Assembly (NCBI GenBank): GCA_951406725.2
Contig: OX597819.1
Span: 55,118,001 to 55,182,000, forward strand
Length of the DNA stretch: 64,000 nucleotides
Reading direction: 5' to 3'
DNA from: Octopus vulgaris
Taxonomy: Eukaryota
The notes beneath the pieces are model-generated. The model was not told where the DNA came from. It ran no database searches and worked only from the letters and a program-made list of their open reading frames with translations. Position numbers and translations under genes: made by a program. Below, piece by piece: positions 42,340 through 55,866 of this stretch (position 1 is the stretch's first letter; the number at the start of each line of letters is the position of its first letter).

Positions 42340-42371
42340 GACGCGCATACACACACAATATTGCACGCACG

Positions 42372-42452
<81 letters not shown>

Positions 42453-43360
42453 ATGCGCACGCGAACAAAGACGTATGCATACACATGCACGCATCAACAT
42501 GCAGATGTACGCACACAATATTACACGCATGCACGCACACGCATGCACACACACACGCATGCACACGCGCGAACATAAAGACGTACGCATGCACATGCAC
42601 ATATCAACATGCAGATGTACGCATGCACACGTGCACACGCAGACAGACATAAACATGCACGCGCGAGCACACAGGCGTGCGCATACAGCATACACATACA
42701 CGCACACGCACACATGCACATAAAGACGTGCACTTACACACACAAACGCATGTGTATATGTACTTGTCTACGCACCATACAGACACACGAGCATGCACAC
42801 ACACACACACACACACACACATAAATATAATTATATGTATGCACACACAGACATACGCAACCACGTGCTCTCATAGACATGCAACTACACATAAACCTGT
42901 ATGTATGTATGTATGTATGTATGTATGTATGCGTGTAAGTATGTATGTATGCATGCATGTATGTATGTATGTATGTATGTATGTATGTATGTATGTATGT
43001 ATGTATGTATGAATGTATGTATGTGTCTACACACGACATATACACACGGGCGTGCATACACACATACGCATAAATGTAGTCATGCACGCACAGGTATACC
43101 CATAAACATACACACATGCACATACAGTTATGCATCTACACACACACAGACATACTCAGACAGCACGTTCAAGCACATGCACACACGCACACACACGCAC
43201 ACACACACGGATGTACTCAGTGCATACGTGCACTATCATGCGCACACGCATAAGCATACACATACACAGACGTACGCAGACAACGCATACATGCACAAAC
43301 ATGAGCGCAACATACACATGTTCATACGGACGTGCATACATAGACTTACTGATACACGCG
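42340..43360. repeat. ~1-kb degenerate alternating purine-pyrimidine tract (CA/CG/TG/TA) with internal duplication
   Basis: GCGAACA(T)AAAGACGTA..ATCAACATGCAGATGTACGCA occurs at about 42461-42513 and 42568-42623. Confidence 0.85.
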
Positions 43361-43494
43361 AACATTGCAAAAAGTAGTCCCAAAATACCTAATGTCTCAA
43401 TATCATGCAGGATGTTCATGGCTGGAATACCTTTTGAACATTGGTCTGACCAGGACTAACCTAGTACTAACCAACAACTACCACCACCACCACC

Positions 43495-43530
<36 letters not shown>

Positions 43531-43561
43531 GCTACTGCTACTGCTGCTGCTGCTGCTGCTG

Positions 43562-43613
<52 letters not shown>

Positions 43614-44188
43614 AGAGTTATTAGAACAATTAGAGAAAATCCAACGGACCTATCTTGTCATACATTACACTGCATACGACGAATAACTACATTTATTGCA
43701 TGATTCCCAGTTAGGAGGAGGTGAGGAATTTGTGGCTCCGTGGATCGCATCTAGTCGTATGATGGGTATTCCTTGATCAGGTCTGGGCTGGGGTTACCTA
43801 ACTCATAAATCGGGCGATTGCGACTTAGAGGTTTCCAACATTCGTTTTAAATTTTGGCACAAGGCAAGTGTAATTTGTGGTGTGGATGATTGAGTCGATT
43901 ACATTGATCCCTAGTGTCAAACTGGTACTTATTTTGTTAACCCGAGAAGGATAAAAGTCAATGCCAACCCTCGATAGAATTTGAAGAGGTTTCCAACATT
44001 ACGATCAACTATATAACGGATAGCTTCAGAATTTAGGTTAAAATGAATCTTATATATATATATCAGCCGAAATTGCGAGGATGATCCGGTTCTTGACTGA
44101 AGATTGAAGGCTTCGAATGTTCCGTCCGTGTTTTTTTGTATCGTCTTCTAAATGTTTTACGTTCTTGTCCCAGTTTGTATTTTTCTAC

Positions 44189-44344
<156 letters not shown>

Positions 44345-46109
44345 TGTTGTGTCTGGGGAGAGTCATTCTTTTTTAGTGCCTTATTATTTAACACACCCAG
44401 CGGTTCAGTTTTATTATCCATTTGTAAAGCACATCTTTTCCGCTCCTCCTATCTTTCACAGAAATGCGCTTCTATGTAACGCAAAGAGCTAACATAGAGT
44501 ACCGTGGCGTCTGTTATCACCCTCTGCGTGTTGGACAATTCGCTCGATAGATGTTCTACATTAGGAATGCACAGAGGAAAGTTCTGGGCGTCGACGAAAT
44601 TACACTGCTTGGCCTTTCGTGATGGGGACTATGTAAAATTTCTGAAATGGCAGTACTATCGAGGAGCATAACGGTTCGAGTTAAACTTTACCGGCACGAT
44701 AGTGCCATCTGACTGCTTTGTCAGATGCCAACTTGGTGTCGAAACCGCTCAACTCTCGTTCAGAATCAAGACATCATTGTCACGTGTAGGATGGATTCGG
44801 CTATTTACCAAGTTCATGGTGGAGATCATTCCACTATCTTGAACTTCACTGGTGTTTTATTATATCAATCCTGGAAAAATTCTGAAAGCCAAAAGCTGAC
44901 CACAAAGGTACTGTCACAGCAGAAAGGACTTTGATCAGAGGTCTGCTCGATCAAAGCTGAGACTAAACAATAACAGTAGAACTTTTGATCTATTGTTAAC
45001 TTTTGTTCTGGGTTAATTCCTTTCTTCTTCGTCTTTAAAAACCAAGTTAAAATGTTACAAAGTTTGATACCAACACAAAATAATAAAATTGTTCCTAATT
45101 GAGGGGCAATGCCAGGAATTTTGAGGGAGAGGGATAATCGAATACATCAACTTCAGCTCTTTACTGTCTCTTTATTTTATCAACCCCGAAAGGATAAAAT
45201 ACCGGCGATATTTCAAATCAGATCGTAAAGAACCACAAGGCATTTTAAAAACATTTTTTACTCGGTGAGGAAAGTAGTGCTCGTTACTGATCCTCTATGA
45301 CTGACGAAGGGACTGGAGACTTCCTTGCTGTCTCGCATGTCGTGCGTATACTGGGAAAATCCTATTTATACCAACTTTAAGATGGTATTCTGAATACAGT
45401 AATCGGTTTTTTCTTTGCCTAAGTAGTTTATTATATTGAAGCTGTAGTTTATCACTGGGTTGGCGAGTGTATTAAACCAATTATCTTTTTTCTGGCATGA
45501 GTACAAGATTTAAGATTAAACTAACTCTTCCATTTTCTAATCTTCTCTTTTAGTTCTATATGACGAATCTTATCAGTTTTTATCTTGTCTGAGATATGAA
45601 TATTAGTTACATTTACTTTTCTCGACCGTTCAGGGTTCACATTGGACCGGAGACCAATTGTGCACTTCAATACGTGCATCAATGGCCACAGCTCTTGGCA
45701 GAATACGCGAAGTCAATAGCAGTTGAGAGACGGTTGGCGGTAATAGTTATGTGATGGGTTTGGATGGTCTACTTACTTCCGGTATGGCTACATCTTATGA
45801 AAACATACTTTACCTGCTTTCATTATCAGAGTGTTTAGAGGAAATTGTTATTTGGAAAGAGGAGAAAAACTGACCTTTTGAATAGTCTTAAGAAATCAGT
45901 GTATATTTATGTCAGACTTAATTGCTTGGTTCTTGCTATTCATTTGTATCCACCGATAGTTGATCGGCCATATTGCATTCAAGGGGATGTCTCACCAAGC
46001 TCGTATAATTCAATTACATCGGCCCCAGTGTTCAACTGGTACTTATTTTACCGATTTCAGAAGGATGAAAGACAAAGTCGAACCCAGTGACATTCGAGTT
46101 CAAAACGTA

Positions 46110-46803
46110 ACTAGAAAAGCACTCGGAGAGCGCAGACCTCCGCCAAGCAGCTCATTTCTACCCATATACACGCATGCTGAAAATCGCCCAATTTCCCAAA
46201 CCAACGCCGGCAAAAACATAACTTCCTTTGCGGAGTTAAAAATAAAATAAAACAGCTATATGATTTTTAAAAAAAAAAACATTTAAAAGCAGGAATCATC
46301 TGAAGCAGTTATAATACATCAATGACAACAGCAAGCTAGTTTCACAACGGCGGTGGAGGGAGCCAAGCCTGAGATTTTTGAGTCGATCCCAATAGTCAAG
46401 GCTTGTCATGTCGTCCTCTGCAGACTTCCGCCAAGCAGCTCATTTTAAGATAGATACGCGAGTAAAATTACTAATAGAGAAACGAAAATAAACTTTGGAA
46501 ACAGCAACGCCACCATTGGTTAAGTGGAAACGATGAACGTGTTTTCAAGGGAGATAATCAAAGAACGTAACATTGTAATACTTCATGTAAAGTAAATATA
46601 ACAAATGAAAAATCCTTCAAGAATCCATAAAAATTCACGGATAACTACAAACATTTCATCATCTGTTCCTTGCATCATTACCAACTTTTCCTGCAAGTTT
46701 CATTAAATACCATTCACAACGTTTTGAGTCATTTTGCACACAAACGGACAGACGGACAAACCAACGCCGAGGAAAACATAACCTCCTTCCTTGGCGGAGG
46801 TAA
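46110..46803 (-). mobile_element. Helentron-associated non-autonomous element (HINE/DINE-like), composite, inserted in a family A SINE
   Basis: Terminal hairpin GCACTC-GGA-GAGCGC; subterminal inverted repeats CCTCCGCCAAG ... CTTGGCGGAGG; host SINE halves at about 46010-46109 and 46804-46865. Confidence 0.65.
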
Positions 46804-47790
46804 AGATGGACGAAATGCTGCTCAGCATTTTGTCCGACGCGCTAGAGATTCTATTACGCTCGCCATCTTAAACAAAATTATAAAGATAAATTACATAATC
46901 TATAAATTTGTAGAATTTGCAGCGTCGTTATTTTTCTCTGCACAAAGGCGCTCACCGCAAGTTCTTATGCACTTGCCATTTGTTGCGTTTGCTAAAAAGA
47001 TCCTTTCACGCGTTGAAGTGTATCTTTTATGCCTAACGACGAGAATACAAAGAATACAGAGAATAGAGACACAGAGAGTGGAAGAGAGAGAGAAAGAAAG
47101 AAAGAGAGCGGGAGAGAGAGAGAGAGAGAGAGAGGATAAATAGGAGAGAGAGAGATTGAGAGAGGGAGAGAGACGAAGTGTATCCGTAGTTATTATCGTG
47201 GAAATTATTGCATGACCTCAAATCCAACAAATATTGTAGTAAACACAATGTTAAATCTTATTATGGAAACTCTGAAGGTTATTTCTCCAATGAAATAAAA
47301 TAAAATAAAAAAAATGTAATAAGAAAGAAACACGAAAATAACGAAGGAGTGAGTGCTTTGGTGAAGGATCAATAGAGAAGTATTTAATAACACTTCCTAT
47401 CAACAGTTTTCGAAAGAAACGTCTTGGAAAATGAATATGTTATCTGAACCATTCAGGTATTCACTCATTCGTTCGTTCGTTCAGTTTCAGGATGTGTTTG
47501 CTGTATATATTTGGTGTGCGCAGACACATGCACACAAAGACTTATACATACATACACACATACATAAATTCATACATACATACATACATACATACATACA
47601 TACATACATACATACATACATACATACATACATACAAACATACATACATACATACATACATACATACATACATACATACATACATACATACATACATAAT
47701 ACATACATACATACATACATACATACATACATACATACATGCATGCATACATTCATATATATATATATAGACACACACACACACACACAC

Positions 47791-47825
<35 letters not shown>

Positions 47826-47962
47826 TAGATACACCGCACGCACACACATATACAAGTGTATATGAATACATGCATAAATATATACGCGTGTGCACATGTA
47901 TATATCTTTGTATGCATATATATATATGTATGCATGTGTATACATATATAGAGATATATAGT

Positions 47963-48032
<70 letters not shown>

Positions 48033-48279
48033 GACATAAATGTGTGCGCTCGCGTGTCTGTGTGTGTGTGCATGTGTGTGCGTGCACGTGCAAATGTGTG
48101 TGCGTGAATAGTGTGTGAGACCAATCTATTTTTGAGTCATTCTGCAGCTCTCGACTTTAAGTCTTAAATGTAACAGACTAATCTTCTGAAGAAAAGAGGA
48201 AACTTGAGACTGTTCTTAAAAGATCAAATATAATTTAAATATCAAATGTTCTACTTTACACTTTAACGGTAAATAAGGA

Positions 48280-48314
<35 letters not shown>

Positions 48315-48408
48315 TGTAGAAGTTTGAAAAGGAACACACGAGTTGATATATATATGTGGAAAAAAAGTCAAGGTAGTAAATGCTAAAATAATTTTATAAA
48401 AAACATTT

Positions 48409-48444
48409 CAGTACCGGTTTCAGTCATTGAGACTTCTTCAACTG
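48409..48444 (-). ncRNA. Minimal hammerhead-like motif (UUGAAGA core) in a Penelope-type fragment (about 48355-48600)
   Basis: CAG-TTGAAGA-AGTC-TCAAT-GACT-GAAAC-CG-GTA-CTG: stems I and II pair, palindromic stem III ACCGGT, GUA site. Confidence 0.5.
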
Positions 48445-48611
48445 TAAGCATGGAAACCAATTAAATTTTGGAAAAATGAAAAGAAAAGTTTTTTTTAAAA
48501 GAATACTTGAATAGTATTCAATTACAAAGGGCATTTTCCTTGTTTCTGCCTGTCTCTGTCTTTCTTGTTTACTCTTGTGGGTTCGAGGTCATAAATTTTT
48601 TTTTCATTAAT

Positions 48612-48789
48612 CAGTCATTTGACTGCAGCCATGCTGGAGCACTGCTTTTAGTCGAACAAATCGAACCTAGGACTTATTCTCTGTAAGCCTAGTACTTGTT
48701 CTATCGGTCACTTTTGCCGAACCGCTAAGTTACGGGAACGTAAGCAAGCTAGCATTGGTTGTCAAACGATGGTGGACAACAGAGACACA

Positions 48790-48837
<48 letters not shown>

Positions 48838-48950
48838 TACACACACACACATACACACACACACACACACACACGACGGACTTCTTTAATGCGAAGCGCA
48901 TTGTGACCAGCGATGTGTAGCAACATCTGATAGCTTGGTCGGTCACGGTA
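48612..48950 (-). mobile_element. SINE family B 3' portion fused to the tail of another repeat
   Basis: Family B match up to ..ACGACGGACTTCTTT, then unrelated GCATTGTGACCAGCGATGTGTAGCAACATCTG. Confidence 0.65.
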
Positions 48951-48951
48951 A

Positions 48952-49014
<63 letters not shown>

Positions 49015-49016
49015 AA

Positions 49017-49049
<33 letters not shown>

Positions 49050-49205
49050 TATATACATATACATATATATATATACATATATAAACACGTGAGTTAAGTG
49101 CACTGCTAACATAGTAGTACAAGGTATTGACTTATAAAAATATTTATTATTGCTTGTAGTATATCATGGTTGTTGTATAACGAAATACCGTGTGCTTACA
49201 AATTA

Positions 49206-49258
<53 letters not shown>

Positions 49259-49261
49259 ATA

Positions 49262-49705
49262 ATTAGTGAAATGAAGAAATGGAGCTGAACGAAGATTGAA
49301 CAGAAATCGTTTTATTTCATTCTACACGTGTTTCGAAAGGCACAATTTACCAAAATCCGATTGAATAATGAGACCATATTGTGTCTTTCTTCAGGAAGAA
49401 ATAGGAAATCCGTTGGAAAAAACAAAAACAGAACAGAGGCGGAGCAAAACAAATCGAACTAGGCTCCTAAGAGCCCATGGCCAAACTGTTTATCAGTGGA
49501 GCCTAGTTCGATTTGTTTTGCTCCGCCTCTGTTCTGTTTTTGTTTTTTCCAACGGATTTCCTATTTCTTCCTGAAGAGAAAGACACAATATGGTCTCATT
49601 ATTCAATCGGATTTTGGTAAATTGTGCCTTTCGAAACACGTGTAGAATGAAATAAAACGATTTCTGTTCAATCTTCGTTCAGCTCCATTTCTTCATTTCA
49701 CTAAT
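49262..49705. repeat. Long inverted repeat (206-bp and 208-bp arms, 30-nt spacer); Penelope-like inverted terminal repeat
   Basis: 49262-49467 is the reverse complement of 49498-49705 except for a 2-nt indel; element continues to about 49863; (TA)n on both sides. Confidence 0.95.
49562..49654 (+). ncRNA. Type I hammerhead ribozyme
   Basis: Stem I TATTTCTTC / GAA(T)GAAATA; core CTGAAGA (49571-49577); stem II GAAAGACACAAT/ATTGTGCCTTTC (11 of 12 pairs, G-C closing); GAAA; stem III AC-ACGT-GT; predicted cleavage after GUA at 49644; AATAAA follows. Confidence 0.75.
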
Positions 49706-49862
49706 AATATTAAAATTCAATTATCCGCACCAACGCACGGTTGCAACACCATATGGTTGTACCTCCAACCGTGCTGTCTTCTGCTGTGATTTTTGCTACC
49801 AAGGTATCGGTTAAACTTTTGATTAATCTGCTACAAGATTATTCATCTTTCTATTTCACATA

Positions 49863-49932
<70 letters not shown>

Positions 49933-50059
49933 TTATCACACATTCTCTTACATTGCTTTTTCATAATCAAGAATCAAATGTATGTGTGTGTGTAAGTATA
50001 TATGGGATCAAGTCGAAGCCAAAGGGATGACTTGAGCGCTCGAGATGATACCTCTCTAG

Positions 50060-50220
50060 AGAGTGTTGGGTTTCATCGTCAAGCGTGATAACCCTAGTTC
50101 TTCTGTACTTGCCTGACCTGTTGATAGCTTGTAATAGTTTCTCAAGAATAAAATATGCCCTCCGAATGCGAAGGAGTATTCCTCGGAGGGTTGTATCAAA
50201 AGGCTTTTTGAAATCGTTGC
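50060..50220 (-). mobile_element. Degenerate RT fragment of an RTE-like LINE
   Basis: DFKKPFDTTLRGILLRIRRAYFILEKLLQAI..RVITLDDET resembles the DFxKAFD..LxxYGIPxKL region of LINE RTs. Confidence 0.55.
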
Positions 50221-50294
50221 ATGCATACATACATACATACATACATACATACATACATACATACATACATACATACATACATACATACATACAT

Positions 50295-50545
50295 GACGGC
50301 TGACCACTCGTGACCGAGGAAGACCATTGCTGATCTTCAGGAACATTGTGCGCTCTAGGACTAACTTATATTTTGCAATTGCGGCTCTGTTGGTAGCTAA
50401 TGAGCCCTGCTCTTGACAAGCAACCACGACTGTAAACATTGCAAACCAAGCTTTCCCTATTCATTACACCAGCAGTGTGCGTTCGAACCGCCGCTTAAGT
50501 TGTTCATGCTAAATAAGTGCTCCCTCAAAAGTGTAAATATATTTA
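50295..50545 (-). mobile_element. 3' end of a second RTE family
   Basis: TFEGALI*HEQLKR and LVCNVYSRGCLSRAGLISYQQS (decayed C2H2); 3' hairpin CTCGGTCACGAG then (ATGT)n, the same terminal architecture as 22753-23957. Confidence 0.6.
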
Positions 50546-50996
50546 GGGAAAAAAAGAAAAGAAAAAAAGGCACATATCGAGCAGAGGTCCGCAATGCCTG
50601 TACAGAGTTTTAGACCCAATAAGGCTTGCAGGACACCTGATAGACCCTCTCCACTTTATTGACATTATCCAGAGACAAGCCAGAGCAAGATGTCTGGTGC
50701 CAATATGAGTCTCAGGCTCAGGGATGTGGGAGCGCAATGATCTCTAGCACAAACCAAAGATCCCCAAAATGTCCAGTGCCATTCCCTGCATATCTGGTTT
50801 TATATAAGAGTGACCTTCTCCTAGAGACATGCTTCAACAGAAGTTGAGGGGTGCCTCACTCCCAGTGGTCTTTCAGCTCGCCGGACACCATCCCGGAATT
50901 TCTACATACCCGTACTATTACTAGATAGCTGTTGAGCCTGCACTAGATTCATCCGACCTTTAAAAAGAAACATACATACATACATATATACACACA

Positions 50997-51030
<34 letters not shown>

Positions 51031-51212
51031 CATATATACATACATATCTTTTCTACTTTAGACACAAGGCCTGAAATTTTGGTAGATGAGTGCTTGGCGA
51101 TTACGTCGGCCCCGAAAGGATGGAAGGCAAACTCGATTTCGGTGCAACGTAAAAGCGGACGAAATGCTGCTAGGGATTTTGTCCGGCGTGTTAATGACTC
51201 TGCCAGCTCGCC

Positions 51213-51270
<58 letters not shown>

Positions 51271-51478
51271 GCACATACCTACGTGTGTGTGTATACAAAT
51301 GTATGTATATATGCATGCATATGTCAGACAGTCAAATACACACACACACACACGCACACGCACATATATATATATGATTAATCCAAAATAAAAGAAGAAA
51401 AACATAAGAAAAAACAATAACGCGAGGACGTGGTACATGCAAAATATTGAAAGACGCTCAGAGAAGGAAAGAAAGATG

Positions 51479-51513
51479 GTTTAACGTTTCGAGGAAAGCT
51501 CTTCTTCAGAAAC
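51479..51513 (-). ncRNA. Minimal hammerhead-like motif (extra A) in a Penelope-type fragment (about 51376-51597)
   Basis: GTTT-CTGAAGA-A-GAG-CTTTC-CTC-GAAAC-GTT-AAAC. Confidence 0.55.
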
Positions 51514-51596
51514 AGAAGACAGAAGAAAGTCCAAGATAAAAGGAAGACGGAGGAAAGAAATCGCCGACAATCCACGTGTAGTTACATTTTGGAAAT

Positions 51597-51642
<46 letters not shown>

Positions 51643-52368
51643 ACACACATGCACACATACACACACATACACACGTATGTCTACATGCTCATGTTAGTAT
51701 ATACATTTTCTATATAAAAAGAATTAAATAAAGTAGCAGTGCCCTTAATATATTTGAACTCCGCTCCAAAAACTTTGTATTCGGTTTTAGTTTTCAAATC
51801 CATCGAGCATCGACTTTGTCTTGTTTTTCCCTCGGGTCGAGTCGATAAAATAAATTACAAGAATTCAACATGAAATACGGTTCCAGTGCACTCCGCAGAT
51901 ATGAATATAAAGCTGGCTCAGTTCCAAATCAGAAAAAGGCATTATCTACGTTTCTTCAATTACATAAAAAGAACTATTTCGATAAACGACCTCGAAAAGG
52001 ATTGCGTATCCGCTAAATATATTATATGTTGACCTTATTTATATATATATTTGTTATTAATTTTTTCTCGGTAGTAGAGTATTTTATCCCAGACGTGGCT
52101 GTGCGGTAAGATGTTTGCTTTCTGAGCACATGGTTCTAGTTTCAGTCCTACTGTGTAGAAGCTAGGACAAGTGTCTTCTACTGTAGTCTCTGGTCGACGA
52201 AAGCCTTGTAAGTGAATCTGAAAGAAGCCCGACATATATATATAATTTTTTTTCCAATAATAATAATAATGTATATGACTTGAGTTGTTTGCCTTGCCGT
52301 AATGTCTGTTGTCCTCTTTAACAATTCTATATCCGCTGCATCAGAAATCTGCAATGGCTCCATAACTA

Positions 52369-52786
52369 CCTATTTCTTTACTACCCACAAGGGGCTAAAC
52401 ACAGAGGGGACAAACAAGGACAGACAAAGGGATTAAGTCGATTATATCGACCCCAGTTCGTAACTGGTACTTAATTTATCGACCCCAAAAGGATGAAAGG
52501 CAAAGTCGACCTCGGCGGAATTTGAACTCAGAACGTAACGGCAGACGAAATGCCCATTTCTTTACTACCCATAAGGGGCTACACACAGAGGGGACAAACA
52601 AGGACAGACACACGGATTAAGTCGATTACATCGACCCCAGTGCGTAACTGGTACTTATTTAATCGACTCCGAAAGGATGAAAGGCAAAGTCGACCTCGGC
52701 GGAATTTGAACTCAGAACGTAATAGTAGACGAAATACCGGTAAGCATTTCACCCGGCGTGCTAACGTTTCTGCCAGCTCGCCACCT
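52369..52786 (-). mobile_element. SINE family A dimer with probable target-site duplication
   Basis: Two full units; TGGCTCCATAACTACC is present on both sides (about 52355-52370 and 52786-52801). Confidence 0.85.
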
Positions 52787-53555
52787 GGCTCCATAACTAC
52801 CGTCTCGGCTACAACCTTGGAGTCGTAGTAATCCGCTACAGCACTTACCTAGCGTACATAATCGTTTCGATCACTTGTGAACTAAACCCCATTACATTAT
52901 GTGTGTGTGTGTGTGTGTGTGCGTGTGTATACATGTGTGTGTATATATATGTGTATATATGTGTGTGTGTGTGTACATACGTACGTACATACATACATAT
53001 GTACGTGTGAGTGTGTGCCCATCCACCGCTTGACAACCGGTGTTGGTGTGTTTACGTCTCCGTAGCCTAGTGTTTCAGCTACAGAGACCGATAGATTACG
53101 TCCCAGGTTTTCAAAAAGAAAAAAAAAGTACTGGGTTTGATTCGTTCGATTAAGATTCTTCAAGGCGGTGCCCCAGCATGGCCGCAATCTCATGACTGAA
53201 CCAAGTAAAATTTACAAGATAAAAGTAGGAAGTAAGAAAATGCAACCGATCGATCGTCTTGAGTACGAAAAACCAGAGAAATAAGTAAATGTTCCTATTC
53301 AAAGGAACGAAAAGAATGGTCTGAAATGGTAAAGAAAAACAGAATGGTATTAAGGAAATTTAATCATACGTAGTTCAATTTATCGTTTTATTTTGAGTTT
53401 AGATTTTTCTGGCTCATTAGCAATCGATGAAGCTTTACAGAAAATTTTTTCCAACTGGGAGCTAAGACACATGCAGTGTGATCTGAGATGTTTCCATGCT
53501 TCTTCTGTATGCTAAGCTACGTGACTCTGTGTTTTGGAATGCATTTATTTCGTTA

Positions 53556-53926
53556 CTAGCAGTATCGCCCGGCGTTGCTCGGGTTTGTTTCGATCCTTTA
53601 GAATTGGAATTTTTGAAAAGTAAAAATTTTGCATTAAGTGAACATTTTTCTGGTTGAATTACATCGAATAATGGCGACACAGCAGTCAAAGAATCGTAAA
53701 AAATAGGGATTTTCATAGAAAAAAAGCACCTTTTTGATGTAAATAAATTTTGGTGTTAACATGGTCCGATTTGAATTTTTTTTTCTACGGAAGGAAGAGC
53801 AAGCCTTCTTCTATCATACTCTCAATTTTGGTCAACTTGCGCCGCAGGGTCTTGGAGGAGATAGTGTTAGTTAAAGGCTATCAAACCTGCCACACGCAGA
53901 CAACTTCAGCTTTAAAAAGAGAGAGA
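53556..53926 (-). mobile_element. Non-autonomous Helitron-like element
   Basis: Minus strand A|TCTCTC...hairpin (CCCGGCGTTGCTCGGG on + strand)...CTAG|T; no TSD. Confidence 0.7.
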
Positions 53927-54188
53927 TTTGCTGTTTCAGCTATTTATTTACAAAGTAGTTTGGGGAGGTATGTTTTTTACTTTTTGTTAAAGAAAACAAA
54001 TTTAAAGACACAAATTAAACAACATAATAGGCGTCTTTTATCATTTGCTGGAGCACCACCTTGAAAAGTTGTGTCGAACAAATCGCCTCCATCCCCGTTC
54101 TTATATTTTAAAGTCTGATACGTATTTTGTCGGTCTTTTTTTCCGAACTGCTAAGTTACGTGGACGTAAACGAATCAGCGATGTTGGA

Positions 54189-54236
<48 letters not shown>

Positions 54237-54321
54237 TACATATATACAGATGGCAAGCTTTCTCGCAGTTTACGTCAACCAAATTTACTCTCAAGACATT
54301 GGTCGGCCCGGAAATGTTTCT

Positions 54322-55032
54322 TAACCCCGAAAGAATGAAAAGCAAAGTTGACCTCGGCGGAATTTGAACTCAGAATGTAAAAACAGTCGCCCGGCGTGCT
54401 AATGTTTCTTATTTCTTTACTGCCAACAAGGGGCTACACACAGAGGGGACAAACAAGGACAGACAAACGGATTAAGTCGATTATATCGACCCCAATGCGT
54501 AACTGGTACTTATTTAATCGACCCTGAAAGGATGAAAGGTAAAGTCGACCTCGGTGGAATTTGAACTCAGAACGTAACGGCAGACGAAATACCGCTAAGC
54601 ATCTCGCCCGGCATGCTAACGTTTCTGCCAGCTCGCCGCCTTCCAAGCTATAATTATTCTTTTCTACTCTAGACACAAGGCCCAAAATTTTGGCCAGTCG
54701 GTTAGATAGACCCCAGGACGTAACTGGTAATTAATTTATCGACCTCGATAGGATGAAAGGCAAAGTCAACCTCGGCGGAATTTGAACTCAGAAAGTAACA
54801 GCAGACGAAATACTTATTTATTTCTTTACTACCCACAAGGGGCTAAACACAGAGAGGACAAACAAGGACAGACAAACGAATTAAGTCGATTATATCGACC
54901 CCAGTGCGTAACTGGTACTTAATTTATCGACTCCGAAAGGATGAAAGGCAAAGTCGACCTCGGCGGAATTTGAACTCAGAACGTAACGGCAGACGAAATA
55001 CCGCTAAGCATTGCACCCGGCGTGCTAACGTT
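54322..55032 (-). mobile_element. Cluster of SINE family A multimers (two heads, four units)
   Basis: Heads end at about 54641 and 55032; repeated units visible; flanked by family B remnants at about 54040-54310 and 55115-55300. Confidence 0.85.
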
Positions 55033-55513
55033 TCTGCCAGCTCGACGCCTTTCACGCTATAGTTATGGCGTAGACAATGTATTGAGCCCAACCTAATCTT
55101 CTTTTATCGTCTTTTACTTTTGTCCGTCATTGAACTGTGGCCATGCTGGAGCATCACCTTGGAGATTATAGTCTAACAAATCAACCCCAGCATTTATTTT
55201 TTACTCTGGTATCTTTTGCGAACCTCTAGGTTACAGGGACACAAACAAACCAACATCTGCTGTCAAGCGGTGGTGAAGGACAAACACAAACACAAAGGCA
55301 CGCGATCATACCTACATATTCTATCCTTCGTGTTTGCTCATGTAGACCTCAGAAGCTTTTCGCTTTTGATGTCGCCAAATTGAACAATATTATCGTTAAG
55401 GTGTCGAAATTATGAAGAATGCTGACTGATAAGTAATGAGGGATGAACGTATCCACATCCTTTATGCAGTTTTCTTTCTGTAAGTTTCTTTGTTGTCCTC
55501 TTATGCCACATTT

Positions 55514-55552
<39 letters not shown>

Positions 55553-55593
55553 ACGTGTGTGTATGTTTGTTTGTTTGTATGTATGTATGTATG

Positions 55594-55706
<113 letters not shown>

Positions 55707-55831
55707 GTATGTTTGCATTAGAGCGTTTAGCTCTTATTTCTAACAATGTAGGTGTTCTAACACCTTAGTCATATTTAATGATGGTTATGGTTTTCCGTTT
55801 TGGTACACATTACTTACTGCTGCCTAAATTA

Positions 55832-55866
<35 letters not shown>

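Noticed and set aside
45301-45330. CTGACGAAGGGA...TCCTT hammerhead candidate (likewise CTGAAGA at about 44097 and CTGATGAG at about 15294-15301 minus)
   Set aside because: No GAAA/stem III half in the right position.
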